From assembly GCF_006345805.1 (NCBI RefSeq), contig NC_043012.1:20708001-20772000 (forward strand): a DNA stretch of 64,000 bases. The letters run 5' to 3'. Shown piece by piece: positions 27,090 to 40,869 of the stretch. This DNA comes from Octopus sinensis (lineage: Eukaryota). A program made the position numbers and the translations under genes. Position 1 is the first letter of the stretch. Every line of letters begins with the position of its first letter. The notes beneath the pieces are model-generated. The model was not told where the DNA came from and did no database searches. It was given only the letters and a program-made list of their open reading frames with translations.

Positions 27090-27520
27090 CTTCCCAACAA
27101 CATGGCTCCGGGTTCAGCCCCACCGCGTGGCACCTTGGACAAGTGTCTTCCATTATAGATTCGAGCTCACTAAGATCTTGTCAGTGGATCTAGTAGACGA
27201 AAAATAAAAGAAGCCCATGTTTGTGTGTTTGCGTGCGTGCGTGTATGTCTGTGTGTGTGTGTGTGTGTATGTGTGTGTGTGTGTGTGTGCGCGTGAGTGT
27301 ATATGTGTATCCTTGTGTTCGTATTTGTCCCCCTACCCACCGCTTGACGACCAGTGTTTGTGTATTAATTCCCGTAACTTAGCGGTTTGGTAAGAAAGAC
27401 ATCCGGTAGAATATGTCCCAGATTTCAAATATCATAAGTACAGGAGTCGATTCAGGCGACTAAATGTTCTGCAAGGCGGTGCCCCAGCATGGCTGCAGTC
27501 CAGTTACTGAATCATATAAA
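27090..27520 (+). mobile_element. CORE-like SINE copy
   Basis: GGCTCCGGGTTCAGCCCCACCGCGTGGCACCTTGGACAAGTGTCTT..(GT)n..GGCGGTGCCCCAGCATGGCTGCAGTC. Confidence 0.85.
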
Positions 27521-28393
27521 AGAATATATATGTGTGTGTGTGTGTGTGTGTGGTGTGTGTGTGTGTGTCTGTCTGTCTGTCTGTATGAATGTATGCAAAT
27601 ATCTATACGTAGTGTATATATGTATACGCTAGTAAAAATATATATGTATATCTATATGTATATATCTCATTATTCAGTTTACTTCAACATTTCTTGCATA
27701 TAGAGAAAGAACCGGTTTCTAACCTAAATTCAAGGCTCCTTCACTGGAATTTCAACACCTACAACAGGGTATTTTTCTTTGTATGTATGTATGTATGTAT
27801 GTATGTATGTATGTATGTATGTATGTATGTATGTATGTATGTACGTGTGCAGATTTGTATGTTTTTCTTTATGTATGTATTCTCATGCATATAGTTAAAT
27901 ATCTAGACATGTTCAATAATATATTTAAATGATAAACCTCTGAAAAGTTTTACAGAATTTTCCAGTACCAGTAATGGACTCGATCTATACTCATCGAATT
28001 AGTTTTCTCCTTTCTGATTTTGAGAAGCCTAATTTCTCAAGATTGGTATTTAGGCAGTGTGTTACATATCCCTGGGCCCCAATAATTACAGGTACGAACC
28101 TGAACTTGTAATCTGGATAGAGTATGCATGTATGTATGTATATATGTATGTATTATGTATATGTAGTCGTCTCACATCGATTTCAGTTTGCATTATTTAA
28201 TGTTCATATTCACGATAACAAATCAGAATCATGTGCCGGAGAACTATATGTACAAAATATGGGAGTTTAATTCACAGGTGATCTAAACAATTAAGTACGC
28301 TAGGTAAGTGCTGTAATGGATTACTAAGGTTCCAAGGTTATAGCCGAGACGGTAGTTATGGAGCCATTGCAGATTTCCGGTGAAGCGGATATA

Positions 28394-28790
28394 TCTCTAT
28401 ATATATAAGAGAGGTTGTGCGTCTGTCTCCTACGATTTAGATTCCTAACTACTCCCACATTTTGCGGTGCAGTTTAACCAAAACCGGGTATCTTATAGTC
28501 GTGATTCATATCAAGCCCTTCTGGGTATTAGCGCGCGTCTACGATGAGTCTACGATTAAAAAAAAAATTACTATCATTTTTTTCCATTTTAATGCATTTT
28601 TTTCGCTATTATGTATGGGAAGTAACTCTCTAAAAATGTCTACGATGAGTCAATGATTAAAAAAAAAATTTACCATCATTTTTATTCCATTTTTAATGAA
28701 TATTTTGCTATTTTTTGGCTATAACTCTCTAAAAATGCTTATATAGTTATTTCCCTTACAAACCCGAGGAACGCCGGGCGATACTGCTAG
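28394..28790 (+). mobile_element. Non-autonomous Helitron
   Basis: 5' TCTCTATATATATAA follows an A. A subterminal hairpin CCCG-AGGAACGC-CGGG lies at 28763-28778. The 3' CTAG at 28787-28790 is followed by T. There is an internal imperfect tandem duplication starting TCTACGATGAGTC. Confidence 0.8.
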
Positions 28791-29102
28791 TAATTGTTAA
28801 AGAGGACAACAAACTTTAAGGCAAGGCAAACACGTCAAGTCATATACATTGTTATTATTATTGGGAAAAAATCTTTTTTCTTCTCTTGCTTCCTCTCCTT
28901 ATTTCTTTACTGTTGTCCTCTATGTCGTCATTTCGTTATTTTCGTTATTTTCCCTATTTGTCTCCGATAACGGAATATCCCATACTCTGTGATATCTCAG
29001 AAACAGCTCTAAGACTTTGACTATTTTCCAATAATAATAAACTATATGACTTGAGATATTTGCCTTTGCCTTAACGTTTGATGTCCTCTTTAACAATTAT
29101 AT

Positions 29103-29138
<36 letters not shown>

Positions 29139-29280
29139 ATAATTTACAAAATAAGAGCAAAAAAAATATATAATGCCAAATATGCCGAAAAAAAGACAAC
29201 AATTTTCAATAACCATTATAATTTATGCGCCTCGAAACAACCGATAGATATTTCTAAAAAATCCGTTATTACCGCATTGG

Positions 29281-29340
<60 letters not shown>

Positions 29341-29794
29341 TATATATATATACAAATCGAGTGAATATGGTACCTCTTGTAAGTCTTTTCCCTTTAACAT
29401 GTTTCTCAATAAAAATGTTCTGGAAATATATATTTGCGTGGACAAACATAAAGTAAGACAAAGAGAAAGGAAGTAGAAAAATGGCCATCAGATGGCAAGT
29501 TACTGAGAAGCGGCTTAGCGATCCATTATAGTCGTACATTCCAAATGGGTTTCCTTTTAATGCGATGAAAAACAAGAAGAAATGTGCAGATCATTAGATC
29601 AATACGTATCTTGATTCATGAACTGTATCGTCTTTTCGTTTTTTTTTTTTTTTACATATAGACATTTTGTGGTCGAAATATTGTAAATATGAACCGGTAG
29701 TGTATTACGCGCGCAACACACACATACATAAGTGCATGAACACACCCAGATATAGACCCAATCATCTATATATATATATTTATCTATATATATA

Positions 29795-30369
29795 CATTGC
29801 TTCCCAATCACATGGTTCAGGGTTTAATCCTATAGCGGGGAACCTTAGGCAAGTGTCTTCTATTATAATTTCGGGGAGACCAACATATTGTGAGTGGATT
29901 TGGTACACTGAAACTGAAAGAAACCTGTCATATATATATATATATATATATATATGTTTGTGTGTGTGTGTGTGTGTGTGTCTATGTTTGCCCCCTAACA
30001 TCGCTTGACAACCGAAGCTGGTATTTTTACGTCCGCGTAACTTAACAGTTTGGAAAAAAAACGATCGATTGAATAAGTAAAAGGTTTATAAGTACTAGAA
30101 TAATTCCTGAGGTCGATTTCTTCGACTAAACGCGGTACTCCAGCATGGCAGCAGTCAAATGACTGAAATAAGTAAACGAATAAAAGAATAAATATATATA
30201 TATAGGCGCAGGAGTGGCTGTGTAGTAAGTAGCTTGCTAACCAACCACATGGTTCCGGGTTCATTCCCACTGCGTGGCATCTTGGGCAAGTGTCTTCTGC
30301 TATAGCCCCGGGCCGACCGATGCCTTGTGAGTGGATTTGGTAGACGGAAACTGAAAGAAGCCTGTCGTA

Positions 30370-30456
<87 letters not shown>

Positions 30457-30685
30457 GTGTGTGTGTGTGTGTGGTGTGTTTGTATTTGTCCCCCTAGCAT
30501 TGCTTGACAACCGATGCTGGTGTGTTTACGTCCCCGCCACTTAGCGGTTCGGGAAAAGAGACCGATAGAATAAGTACTGGGCTTACAAAGAATAAGTCCC
30601 TGGGTCGATTTGCTCGACTAAAGGCAGTGCTCCAGCATGGCCGCAGTCAAATGACTGAAACAAGTAAGAGAGAGAGAAAAAAATA
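29795..30685 (+). mobile_element. Two tandem CORE-like SINE copies
   Basis: Copies at about 29795-30190 and 30204-30685. Each has the CORE-like ..GGCAAGTGTCTTCT motif, an internal TA/GT tract and a GACTGAAA tail. Confidence 0.88.
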
Positions 30686-30735
30686 TATATATATATATAT
30701 ATATATCTTTCTCTCTCTCTTTACTTGTTTCAGTC

Positions 30736-30768
<33 letters not shown>

Positions 30769-30865
30769 TATATATATCTTTCTCTCTCTCTTACTTGTTT
30801 CAGTCATTTGACTGCGGCCATGCTGGAGCACCGCCTGTAGTCGAGCAAATCGACCCAGGGACTTA
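30593..30865. repeat. Fold-back inverted duplication of the SINE 3' end around (TA)n
   Basis: 30593-30680 is the reverse complement of 30777-30865 with about 2 substitutions. An extra short inverted piece lies at 30707-30737. Confidence 0.9.
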
Positions 30866-30885
30866 TATATATATATATTATATAT

Positions 30886-30930
<45 letters not shown>

Positions 30931-32170
30931 AGACCGCGAGCTAACAGAAGTGTTAGCATACCGGACAAACGGGTTAACGGTATATCGTCCGTCATTAACG
31001 TTCTGCGTTCAAATTCTACCGTTGTCGAATTTGCCTTCCATCATTTTGTGGTCAGAAAAGAAATTGCAAGTTAAACATTGGGGTTCATATAATGGACTTA
31101 CAGCCTTCCCTGTAATTGCTGGCATTGTGTCAAAAGTTTGAACCATACACACACACATACATATATATATATATAAATATATATATATCATCCACGATAA
31201 CACGTAAATACAATCTTCTGTGTGTATGAAATGTGTGGGTGTATGCGTGCGTTTTCGGGTGTGAAAATATTTCTCATCAATATAAATATACATCATTATA
31301 TGCATGAACATTCATACACTTGATGCATACATGCCTCCACACGCACATACACACTCACACACAGACACACACACACACACACACACCACACACACATATA
31401 TATATATGTGTGCATAACGTTCTTGCAAGCATATATATATGCGTGGGAGAACGTTATACGCGTCGGCGTATGTGCAGGTTCCATGAATGCTTGAATGCTG
31501 TAATGATAACCGTAAATAAATCCCCAATAGATAAAATCTACGCCAAATGTGCAGGCATTTGCCTACCTGACTCTTGAATGAAATGACAATTGAAGGGTCA
31601 TAAACCATTAACATCAGTTCGATGAAACACATGATTATAAAAGTGAGTTGCCTAGTGTAGAATCGACAACCAACAGATAATTAATTGTCGCGCTGAACGA
31701 CAGAATTATATTTTCCCTGAGCAATGACATACTTGATGCATATTCGTTAGTAATATGTGAATGTAAGGCCGTGTAGACGCCCACTCAAAATGTGTATATA
31801 ATGAGTTCGTTAAGTGAGTTTAAGGATTTTTCATTTTAAAGGCAATTCCGGAAGAAACTTATTCAACGTGTTATTAAGGTTAATCTGAATGACACACGCA
31901 AAGTAGCCATTAGTTTAATGTTTTGTTGGGTAATGTGGAAAGATAGGTTTCTTGGAGGAAGATGAAACAATTGTAAAGTGAAGTAGCAAAATGGCTTGCT
32001 TACTGAGATCTTACGTGCTATTTCAAAAGCTCCGTAGACACCTGCGGATTTTCAGATATTTGATTGCTGGAACTGCTTCGTCTATGAGCCTATGTGCCTG
32101 TGCTTAATACGGGAAAAAGCAGGGTGAAATTGCCCGATAGAATTATTATATACATATAGAGATACATACA

Positions 32171-32237
<67 letters not shown>

Positions 32238-32295
32238 GTATATATACATATATATATATAGATAGATAGATAGATATATATACATATATACATAC

Positions 32296-32341
<46 letters not shown>

Positions 32342-32639
32342 GTATATATAGGTATATATACGTATATATATATATATATATACGTATGTTGTACATATGT
32401 TGTATATATATGTATGCGTCTGTTCGTGCGTTGGATCCGTGCAGTCGGTTGGATGTAAATATACACGTGTGTGTGTGTGTGTGTGTGTGGTGTGTATGTG
32501 TCCGTGTGTGCGTATATGTTTAATGTATACATTCTATGGAAGAGACTAATAAATGTGGGCGAGTGAAATTCATACACTAAGAATGGAATACATATATGTT
32601 TGCGTATGTTTAGGTGTACATGTGTACAGATATTTAGGC

Positions 32640-32701
<62 letters not shown>

Positions 32702-33190
32702 GTTGACATAGAAAATTATTTATGCATGCATGTGTGTGCTCGTCTGTGTGTCTCTATGTGTGTGTCTGTTTGTCTATGGCAGTGTTTGTCTGTTCCCAAA
32801 TTTTGTTATTTTCTGTATATACGATTGTATTCATTCATCCACTTTCAGTGTATGTAAAAAGTGATTTATTTCAGACCGACATATTTCCTTGAACGCACAG
32901 TCGTATTTTGGGCAATAAATATATTAATAGTGTATGCGTTTTCCTCAAGAATGGGAACTATGAATTTTTCCCTTTAAAGTTCTCATTATTACTGGGTTTA
33001 TACTCATAATATCTCTCTTCGGGGCATAATATTTGATGTGTAATAATTCTGTCGATTCTTAGGTGATGAAAGATTACCTCTGCCCTGCATCTTGATAACA
33101 ATGATGGAGATGATGATGATGCAGACTATGATGATGAAGACGACGTCGATCACGAAGATGATGATGATAATAATAATAATAATAATAATG

Positions 33191-33227
<37 letters not shown>

Positions 33228-33229
33228 AG

Positions 33230-33525
33230 AAATATCTAAGTGAATTCCAAATACAACACGTTCCACAATAAGATGAACTGGGAAAAGCACAGTAAAAGCT
33301 AAGCGTATGAAAACCCTCGTTAAAATGCTGCCTTAGATATTCTCACTGATAAATTGCAAATAACCAAAGGAAGCTAACAATGATGGTGTTGACAAAGGTC
33401 TTATTCATCAATTGTTAGCCTCAGATCCTGAAGGATTTATCAAAGCAACCCATGATCAATGCCTACCTACAAGAATTTACCAGGTCAACATCCTAAAGTG
33501 TGCCTATAGCCCAACATGTATTTAA
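33230..33525 (+). mobile_element. Old R4/Dong-type LINE fragment next to a (GAT)/(AAT) array
   Basis: DGVDKGLIHQLLAS..PEGFIKATHDQCLPTRIYQVNILK....PTC resembles DVDK..HQWL..ETEGF..AQDQ.L.TRNY..C. Confidence 0.75.
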
Positions 33526-33562
33526 AAAAACAGACTGGAATCATCGACCATATTCTTTTCTT

Positions 33563-33752
33563 CTCTAGGCCCAAGGCCTGTGAAGGGGGCCCGTCGATTA
33601 GATCGACACTGGTTCGCAACGGGTACCTTAATGTATCGACACCGAAAGGATGAAAGGCAAAGTAGACCTAGGTGGAACTTGAACTCAGAGCGTAAAGACG
33701 AAATACCGCTCAGTATTTCACCCGACGTGCGAACCTTTCTGCCAGCTCGCCG
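33563..33752 (-). mobile_element. Octopus-type SINE copy
   Basis: Same core as the other copies (CCGAAAGGATGAAAGGCAAAGTAGACC..GAACTCAG..GCCAGCTCGCC). Confidence 0.85.
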
Positions 33753-34715
33753 TTTTGGAATCATCGATCATATTGTCTTCATGTGCAGCTAGCTTGCACC
33801 ATCAGTCTTTTAAAAGACATGATAGAGCGGCACATTATATCTTCTGTGTATTTTGCAAGGATCTGCACCAGTCTCATGGGGAAAAATAAAACTGGAGTTA
33901 ACACAAACCAATGATAAGGGGTAAGTCGATCACATCTACCCCAATTCTTGACTGCCCCACATCCTGCAAGGTCATACGGTGTTTCTCTTGATATAAGGTC
34001 ACCATGTCGTGCACATAGTTATGATGAATGTACCTGGTGTACGTTGATCATACGGGTAGTCATGAAAGCTGTATTGGGATTCGCATCTTTCCAGCCCAGC
34101 GTCACTTTCAAGTAGTGTCTTACTCTCTCACAATAATAATATTATCAACACCATATTTTCTATTTCCTCTATAGTGTTATTCTTATTATCAAAGGGCTGT
34201 GAATACAATATCTTGCAAGAACTAATGTATATCGTACCATCAGTTCGCTATCTAACTCCAAGGAGTTTGAATAATGATGCATATGTTACCCTTACATGAA
34301 AACATATCCTGAAGCTACACACCATTACTTTTTCGTCGTTTCTCTGATTAAATGATAACATTTCGCAAAGAACATTCTTTTCACTCAGTTGTTTAACCAA
34401 GATGATCCTTTTCTTCTTTAGATATCTGAAAAGATTTAAGAGTGATTTATATAAACAATGCCAGGAAAAAATGATTTTGCCAAGGATATACTGTTTCATT
34501 ACTGCTACTCTATAAATACATGTAGATAAGTATGTAAATATCTACATATATATCAAATAATCTATCTATCTATCTATTTATCTATCTATCTGTATATCTA
34601 TCTATCTATAAATATATGTATATATATATAATTATATAAAACTTAGATAAAACTTAGATATCTTTCGACCAAAGATTGGTCCAGGCCATGTCTAACTTAA
34701 TAGCACCACCTGATG

Positions 34716-34767
<52 letters not shown>

Positions 34768-34925
34768 TATATATAATAAAAGTATCTAAGAGATGCCAAC
34801 CATTGTTGGTATCTCTAGATACCCATAATTATAATTTTTATACTAATTATTACTTTTGAAGTTTTTATTCCCATGCTGGCCAACCTGATAAGATCGGTGT
34901 TTCAGATAACGATATTATCCTTATA

Positions 34926-34982
<57 letters not shown>

Positions 34983-34984
34983 TC

Positions 34985-35325
34985 GAAAGACACCTGTTGT
35001 TATTCTTGTTCGTATTTGTAAACGTGTAACATTTTCTCCGTTTGCTCGTTTTTTCCAGTTTGCGTTGTCACACATATTCGCTTGCTTTCTTCCAAAAATT
35101 TAATGCCCTTAGCTTAGATATTTGAGGCCTACCAATTTTGAACATTATCAATGGGAACAGGCTGAAACTGTAGTGATAATTGGAAGCTTAACTGATGAAT
35201 AGAAAACCACGAATGCTCCGTCCTGGTTTCCTGTCCGTCTTTGTATTGTCCATCTGTTCCTCTCTTTTCCTTTTCGTCCGTTACGTTCTTGTTCTGTTTT
35301 TCCTTTTATTTATAAACACACACAC
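34985..35325 (+). repeat. Interspersed repeat associated with (TA)n/(CA)n, possibly PLE-terminus derived
   Basis: TTCCAA..AATGC..AGCTTAG....GAATG..CCGTCC is shared with 57450-57640 (+), 56690-56860 (-) and 1440-1570 (-). Confidence 0.55.
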
Positions 35326-36791
35326 ACATACACACACACACATACACACACACACACATATATTGTATTATATCCTAGATAGATTGATTGATGCTTTTAT
35401 ATATGTATGTGTGTGCATTTTATTTACTTACAGACTCACATATGTATATATGTGTGTGTACATATGTATACACACACAAATAACATATAACGTAGAACAC
35501 TACTGTTACTCTTTCAGCCATCCGAATCTGATTAATCTGGACAGCATCGGTGAAACAAACCCCCCGCCCGCCCCCGCCCTGTCCGATATAGCATTTGGCG
35601 CCTCGGTATCATTACAGCTGGAAATAAAATTACAAATTTCTTAGTTGTGGGCCCCGCTTCATTCTTGAAGGTATGCTGCCGTCCATTTTCATTTCCTTGA
35701 CTATACTCATGAGGAAATCACTGGACGTTCCCTTTACTACCGATAATTTCCTACGCCATTCTATTGTCCCAGTTTTCAGAAAGTGAAACGTACCGCTTGT
35801 AGTCAGTTACCGAGCGATCTCACTTCTCGTATCATCAAATTCGTTTAGAGAGTGGTGAAATCTCGGCACTGCCTTCAACAATGCTGATCATAAGAACTAT
35901 CTATCATTTAAATACGGGGAAATTTATTAAAAGTGAATTGAATGATTTCTGGTGAACGAATCCAGCCTGTGGTGATCGATGTTGTTCGATTATGCTCAGC
36001 AAGAAACATCTGTGTATTCCCATAAGGAACTGCACTGGGTTCGCATTCTTTTCCGTTATTTGCGTGATTGACATCATTGGTATCATCAAAATTGCACATA
36101 AGTAGATGATTCTAAGCGTCTGCATGTCTTCGACAGTGTTGGAAACTGGCAAAATCTTCAATCAGATCTGCTCACTGTTACCCAGGGATTGAGGGGGGGG
36201 GGGGAAGCGAATACACAGCTAAAAGAGAATAAATTTCAATTCGATCCAATGCATTTCTGATGCCTTTCTATTCTCACATTGTTTTCCAGCATTTATCTGG
36301 TAAGGTTTAGTTATCACATTAGTTTTCATGTATATTATTCTGCTTTTTCACCAGAATTATTTGCGAAGATTTTCTTTCCTAGTTAAATATTTCTATAGTT
36401 CCTTGAGCTTTAAATAAATGTAGCTATATTGTTGTCATCGTGTCGCTTTGACTTTCATATAGAATTTTTAAAGTTCTTCAAATTTATTTGCTTTTCACAT
36501 TCGTTTTCTGTTAATCTCATGTTACTTCTACAATCCATCGCCCCAGGATATACCTAATTACTTTCATAATTACGTCTTCATATTTGTTTTTGTTTGCATT
36601 TATTTTGCTAATTCCATGTTCTTTAACTTATTTATGAATTATAATTTTCTTACAAGATAAGATTCCTAAAAACTAATTTTTATCAATTTATGTTGGTAGT
36701 TGTTCACTCGTTTCATAATAAATATGTTATGCTAGCATAAACCTTGCGGCAATGCATATACACACATTCAAACATACACACATATATACAC

Positions 36792-36840
<49 letters not shown>

Positions 36841-36884
36841 CATATATACACCCTCACATATATACATGCATATATATACACACA

Positions 36885-36917
<33 letters not shown>

Positions 36918-36930
36918 GTGTATATATATG

Positions 36931-36987
<57 letters not shown>

Positions 36988-37779
36988 CATGCTCACAAGT
37001 TTTATATATATATAAATATTCCGATGATTTCTTGCAGTTATGAAGTTCAGTTATTTTTCAATTGATTATATTGAAGCTGCAGTTAATATGTACAGTATCA
37101 ATTGTGATTATTTTGATTTTTACTTTTGGTTCTGCTCTCATGATTAAGCGAATTTGCTCCGAGTATTTCTTATCTGCCAATTTGCTCCGAGTATTTATTA
37201 TCTTTCTCAGTCGTCCAACATTATTTTACAACCTGTGTTTTACACGATTCAGATATTTCTATGTCGCTCTCTGCGATTAGTTTATTTATATTATCTTCCA
37301 TCCTTCTGTTTTTTTTTTGTATTTATTTTGATAATACTTTTGTTGGTTCATTCTTATCTTTCTTTTTCCTTTTTTTTTTTGACAACCATATCATAGGATA
37401 TTCTTCAAGCGACATGTCCCTGTGAAGATCGTCGTTCAGTCACTCGAATTTGAAATAACTAATAGGTTAAACGTTTGCTAAATGTCATTGTAACTCGCAC
37501 GCTGTGAGAAGATGCAAATGTGAAATGCCCTCATACCATGCACTTTGCATTCACATAACTTTCAGGAATTTATTTGACATGCTGTAAGAATATTAATTTA
37601 GAGGGAAGAAAACGGATTACACGTTTTAGCTATCTAAAATTTATTACGATAATGGTGATGATGATGATGATGATGAAGATGATGATGAGGAGAAGGAGGA
37701 GGAGGAAAAGGAGGAGATGGAGGAGGACAACGTGAAATTAATAGGCAGTATGTCCCTGGGAACAAGGGAGAAGAAACCT

Positions 37780-38775
37780 CATAAGATGCAAGATCCGAGT
37801 TCTCACACGAAGAAGAACAGTCTTAATGGTACATCAAATCCTTAGTTGCTGCTGTCAGAAACAACAGAACAAGACCAACCGAAAACGTGATTAACCCCAA
37901 AATATTTAAGAAACAAGAAGAAGAACAAAGAATAAACAATTGGAAAATGGAAACAAAGCATCGAAGGAAAAGACAAGACCAGACCAACATCTGGAGATGG
38001 ATAGGAAAAAAGGATCGGAAAGGGTACACTGATAGGCAACGCCCAGGAACAAGCTCTGAGAACTAATTATACCAAGTTTCAAATAGGTGAGCAGTGGATC
38101 GATCTTTTTTAGGTTGTCTGACAGCACAAACGAAACAATCTCACATATTTTGAGAGAGTGCAGCAAACTGGCTCAAAAGCACTGAAAAAGAATGCACGTT
38201 AAATTGGTTAAGTTTGTTGACTGGATACAGTGTGAAAAGTACGGCTTAAGAAGGGCAAGAAATTGGTAGGAACATGAACCAGAGAGCATTAGTGATAATC
38301 ATGTACATAAGATCCTGTGGAATTTTACAGTCCAAAGTGACCTCCTAATCGATAATCAGATAACAGATAAAGTTTTTTGGTAGATCAGAGTCAAAAAGGA
38401 AACTAAGATAATAGATATTTCCATACTGGGGGATTCACGCGTAGATGACAAAGAGCTGGAAAAAGTGGAGAAATACAAATTACTAAAAGACAAAATTGTG
38501 TGAATGTGGGCAATGAGGAGAGAAATTGTTAGCACAGGAGTTATAGGGGCGCTAGTAGTATTGACAACCGTGTTGGAGAAATATACGTGAGAGAAATTGG
38601 AGTTGAGTGCGGGTTGAGCAGACCCAAAATCCTGCTCTATTGGGGACAGCTAAGATTTTGAGATTGGTGATTCGGTGTTGAGTGTCTTCCACAACAATTG
38701 AACAAGTCTTACAATATGCGGAAAGAGACACTGTGAGACCCCTGACAATAGGTTGCTGTCCGTTCAAACAGACTC
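37780..38775 (+). mobile_element. Decayed 3' half of an R4/Dong-type LINE
   Basis: AQEQALRTNY..NETISHILRECSKLAQK..KYGL..EHEPES..KILWNF..IIDISILGDSRVDDKELEKVEKYKLLK..VIGAL..GTAKILR, with many stops. Confidence 0.85.
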
Positions 38776-38785
38776 AACCAGAGCA

Positions 38786-39184
38786 AGGCGGCGAGCTGGC
38801 AGAAACGTTGGCACGCTGGGCGAAATGCGTAGCCGTATTTCATCTGCCGTTACGTTCTGAGTTCAAAATCCGCCGAGGTCGACTTTGCCTTTCATCCTTT
38901 CGGGGTCGATAAATTAAGTACCAGTTACGCACTGGAGTCGATATAATCGACTTAATCCGTTTGTCTGTCCTTGTTTGTCCTCTCTGTGTTTTGCCCCTTG
39001 TGGGTAGTAAAGAAATATGTATTTCGTCTGTGTTTATGTACTGAGTCCAAATTCCACCGAGGTCGACTTTGCCTTTCATCCTCTCGGCTTTGATAAATTA
39101 AATACCAGTTGCGTACTGGGGTCGATCTAATCGACTGGCCTTCTCCCCAAAAATGTTGTGCCTTGTGCCTAGAGCAGAAAAGAA
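38786..39184 (+). mobile_element. Dimeric octopus-type SINE
   Basis: Head GGCGGCGAGCTGGCAGAAACG and first tail ..GTGGGTAGTAAAGAAAT. It then restarts at GTATTTCGTCTG and ends with the alternative tail GCCTTGTGCCTAGAGCAGAAAAGAAT. Confidence 0.9.
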
Positions 39185-39189
39185 TCAAC

Positions 39190-39426
39190 CAATGTAAGTG
39201 CTATCTTGACCTCTGAGAAGTAAAATATATTAAACAGTGAGCAAAAATATCGAGAAGGACGTGGAATAAATAGGGGCTGTAATAAGGGTGGAGCACTTGC
39301 AGAAAACAGCACTGCTTGGAACCGCTACAATACTCCGGAAGGTCCTCGAAAAATAAAAGGTGTTACCTTAGTTCACTGGTAGTGAACAGGTAGTACATCA
39401 CCAGCGTTAGAAGCTGTGCAAATGCA
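39190..39426 (+). mobile_element. 3' end of R4/Dong-type LINE, family B
   Basis: EHLQKTALLGTATILRKVLEK* plus the family B 3' UTR, followed by a CAA/CAG/AAT array. Confidence 0.85.
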
Positions 39427-39546
39427 ATAATGATGATAACAACAACAACAACAACAACAACAACAGCAGCAGCAGCAGCAGCAGCAATAACAACAACAAC
39501 AACAAAACAACAACAACAATAATAATAATAATAATAATAATAATAG

Positions 39547-40865
39547 TTCACTCTCTGCCTTTAGCTCTGAGCTCCGTAGTCGCTAATAAGTGTGCTTCTA
39601 GTCAACATCAGCTTGTTTGCTACGGGTCACATATTTACTATGTAGAGGTTTCTGTTCCAACCTATCCCCCAATTGCTTTGCAATTGATGTCACATTCTTT
39701 AGAGCTACAGTTGCTGCACTTCCATCATGCTGTTCAACCTGGCTATTATGCATAAACGCAGTTGAAATTTTTTGGCTGTTCTTCACAACAGAATGAAGCT
39801 TCAAACGTCTTTCATGGTTTTCAACGAGCTTTAGCATCCAGTCGTCAAATGCTTCAAGATATTTTGCCAGTCCAATTGTGGTGATTTTGTAGGAGATTTG
39901 AAACTGGATCAAGCCTAGACCTCCTTGAGCTCTGGGTAGGTAAAGATGATCTCCGTCTTCCTTGGGTTGGTGCATCTCATTGCAAGTCTGCAGCTTACGG
40001 ATTTTCCTGTTAATCTTCCTTATTTTTCTCATATTCCAGTTGAACACATTGAACTGTAAATAACAGCCGGCACTGCGAGGGAAGTTATAGCTAACACCTT
40101 GTTACATGTATTTAAGTCTAATTTTAGGACTGCTCGAACTCTCCTGTAACACTCCTTCCTGATTTTCTCTTTCATGCTTGCATGTTGAATGCCAGGCCCT
40201 TATTTATTCCGAAGTATTTGTAAGTTTGTTCCTGCTCGAGTTCTTTATGACTCTCTCAACATCCAATTCCACTGAATGTTAGGTCTTCAGTTTCCCTTTC
40301 TGGAAAGTGGCCTTGGGACATTTATCAAGACCAAATTCTATCTCAATGTCATCACTGAATGCTTTCACAGTACGTGGTAGTCCTTCAAGCTCATTATTGT
40401 CTTTGCCGTTGAGTTTCAAGTCGTCTATATAAAATAGATGACTTATTTTCTTGTCACCAATTTTATATCCATACCCTGTTCTGTTACGTTCACTTGTAAG
40501 GGTTATTAGGGCTATGCGGAAAATTAAAAGGTGAATGTGAGTCACCTTGGAAAATACCGCAGTTGATATTAATATTTTTTGTGGTCAGTACTCCATTAGA
40601 GTTGAATAATTGGAGTTTCGTATTCCATATTGATATGTTATGCTTCAGGAAGCTTAAAATCACAGAATAAATTTTGAAGCTATTCAGCGATTTGAAGATC
40701 CATGAATGCGGTATGCTGTCAAGGGCCTTTTTATCATCAATCCATGCAGAACAGATTTCTGCGTTTGTTATGACAGTTCTCAAGGATCATGCAATTGATT
40801 AAGAGTTGACCTTTGCATCCATATGAGCCTCGTCTGCACCCTTTTTGTTCAATGGGAAAAATATC
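39547..40865 (-). mobile_element. Decayed R4/Dong-type RT fragment, truncated at both ends
   Basis: EQKGCRRGSYGCK..AWIDDKKALDSIPH..GIFQGDSHSP..HLFYIDDLKL..FGLDKC..YLPRAQGGLGL..QKPLHSKY..QADVD..LRSSELKAESE. Confidence 0.9.
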
Positions 40866-40869
40866 GTTT

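Noticed and set aside
35192-35226. CTGATGA...GAAT-GCTCC-GTC as a hammerhead (similar at about 57590-57618)
   Set aside because: It has GAAU instead of GAAA and no pairable helix I or II, so the geometry does not fit.
35565-35582. GC-box-like CCCCCGCCCGCCCCCGCCC
   Set aside because: It is an isolated motif with no CpG island or downstream exon evidence.
35904-36161. Two overlapping short minus-strand ORFs in non-repetitive sequence
   Set aside because: I recognise no domain or convincing splice context, and the lengths are within chance expectation.
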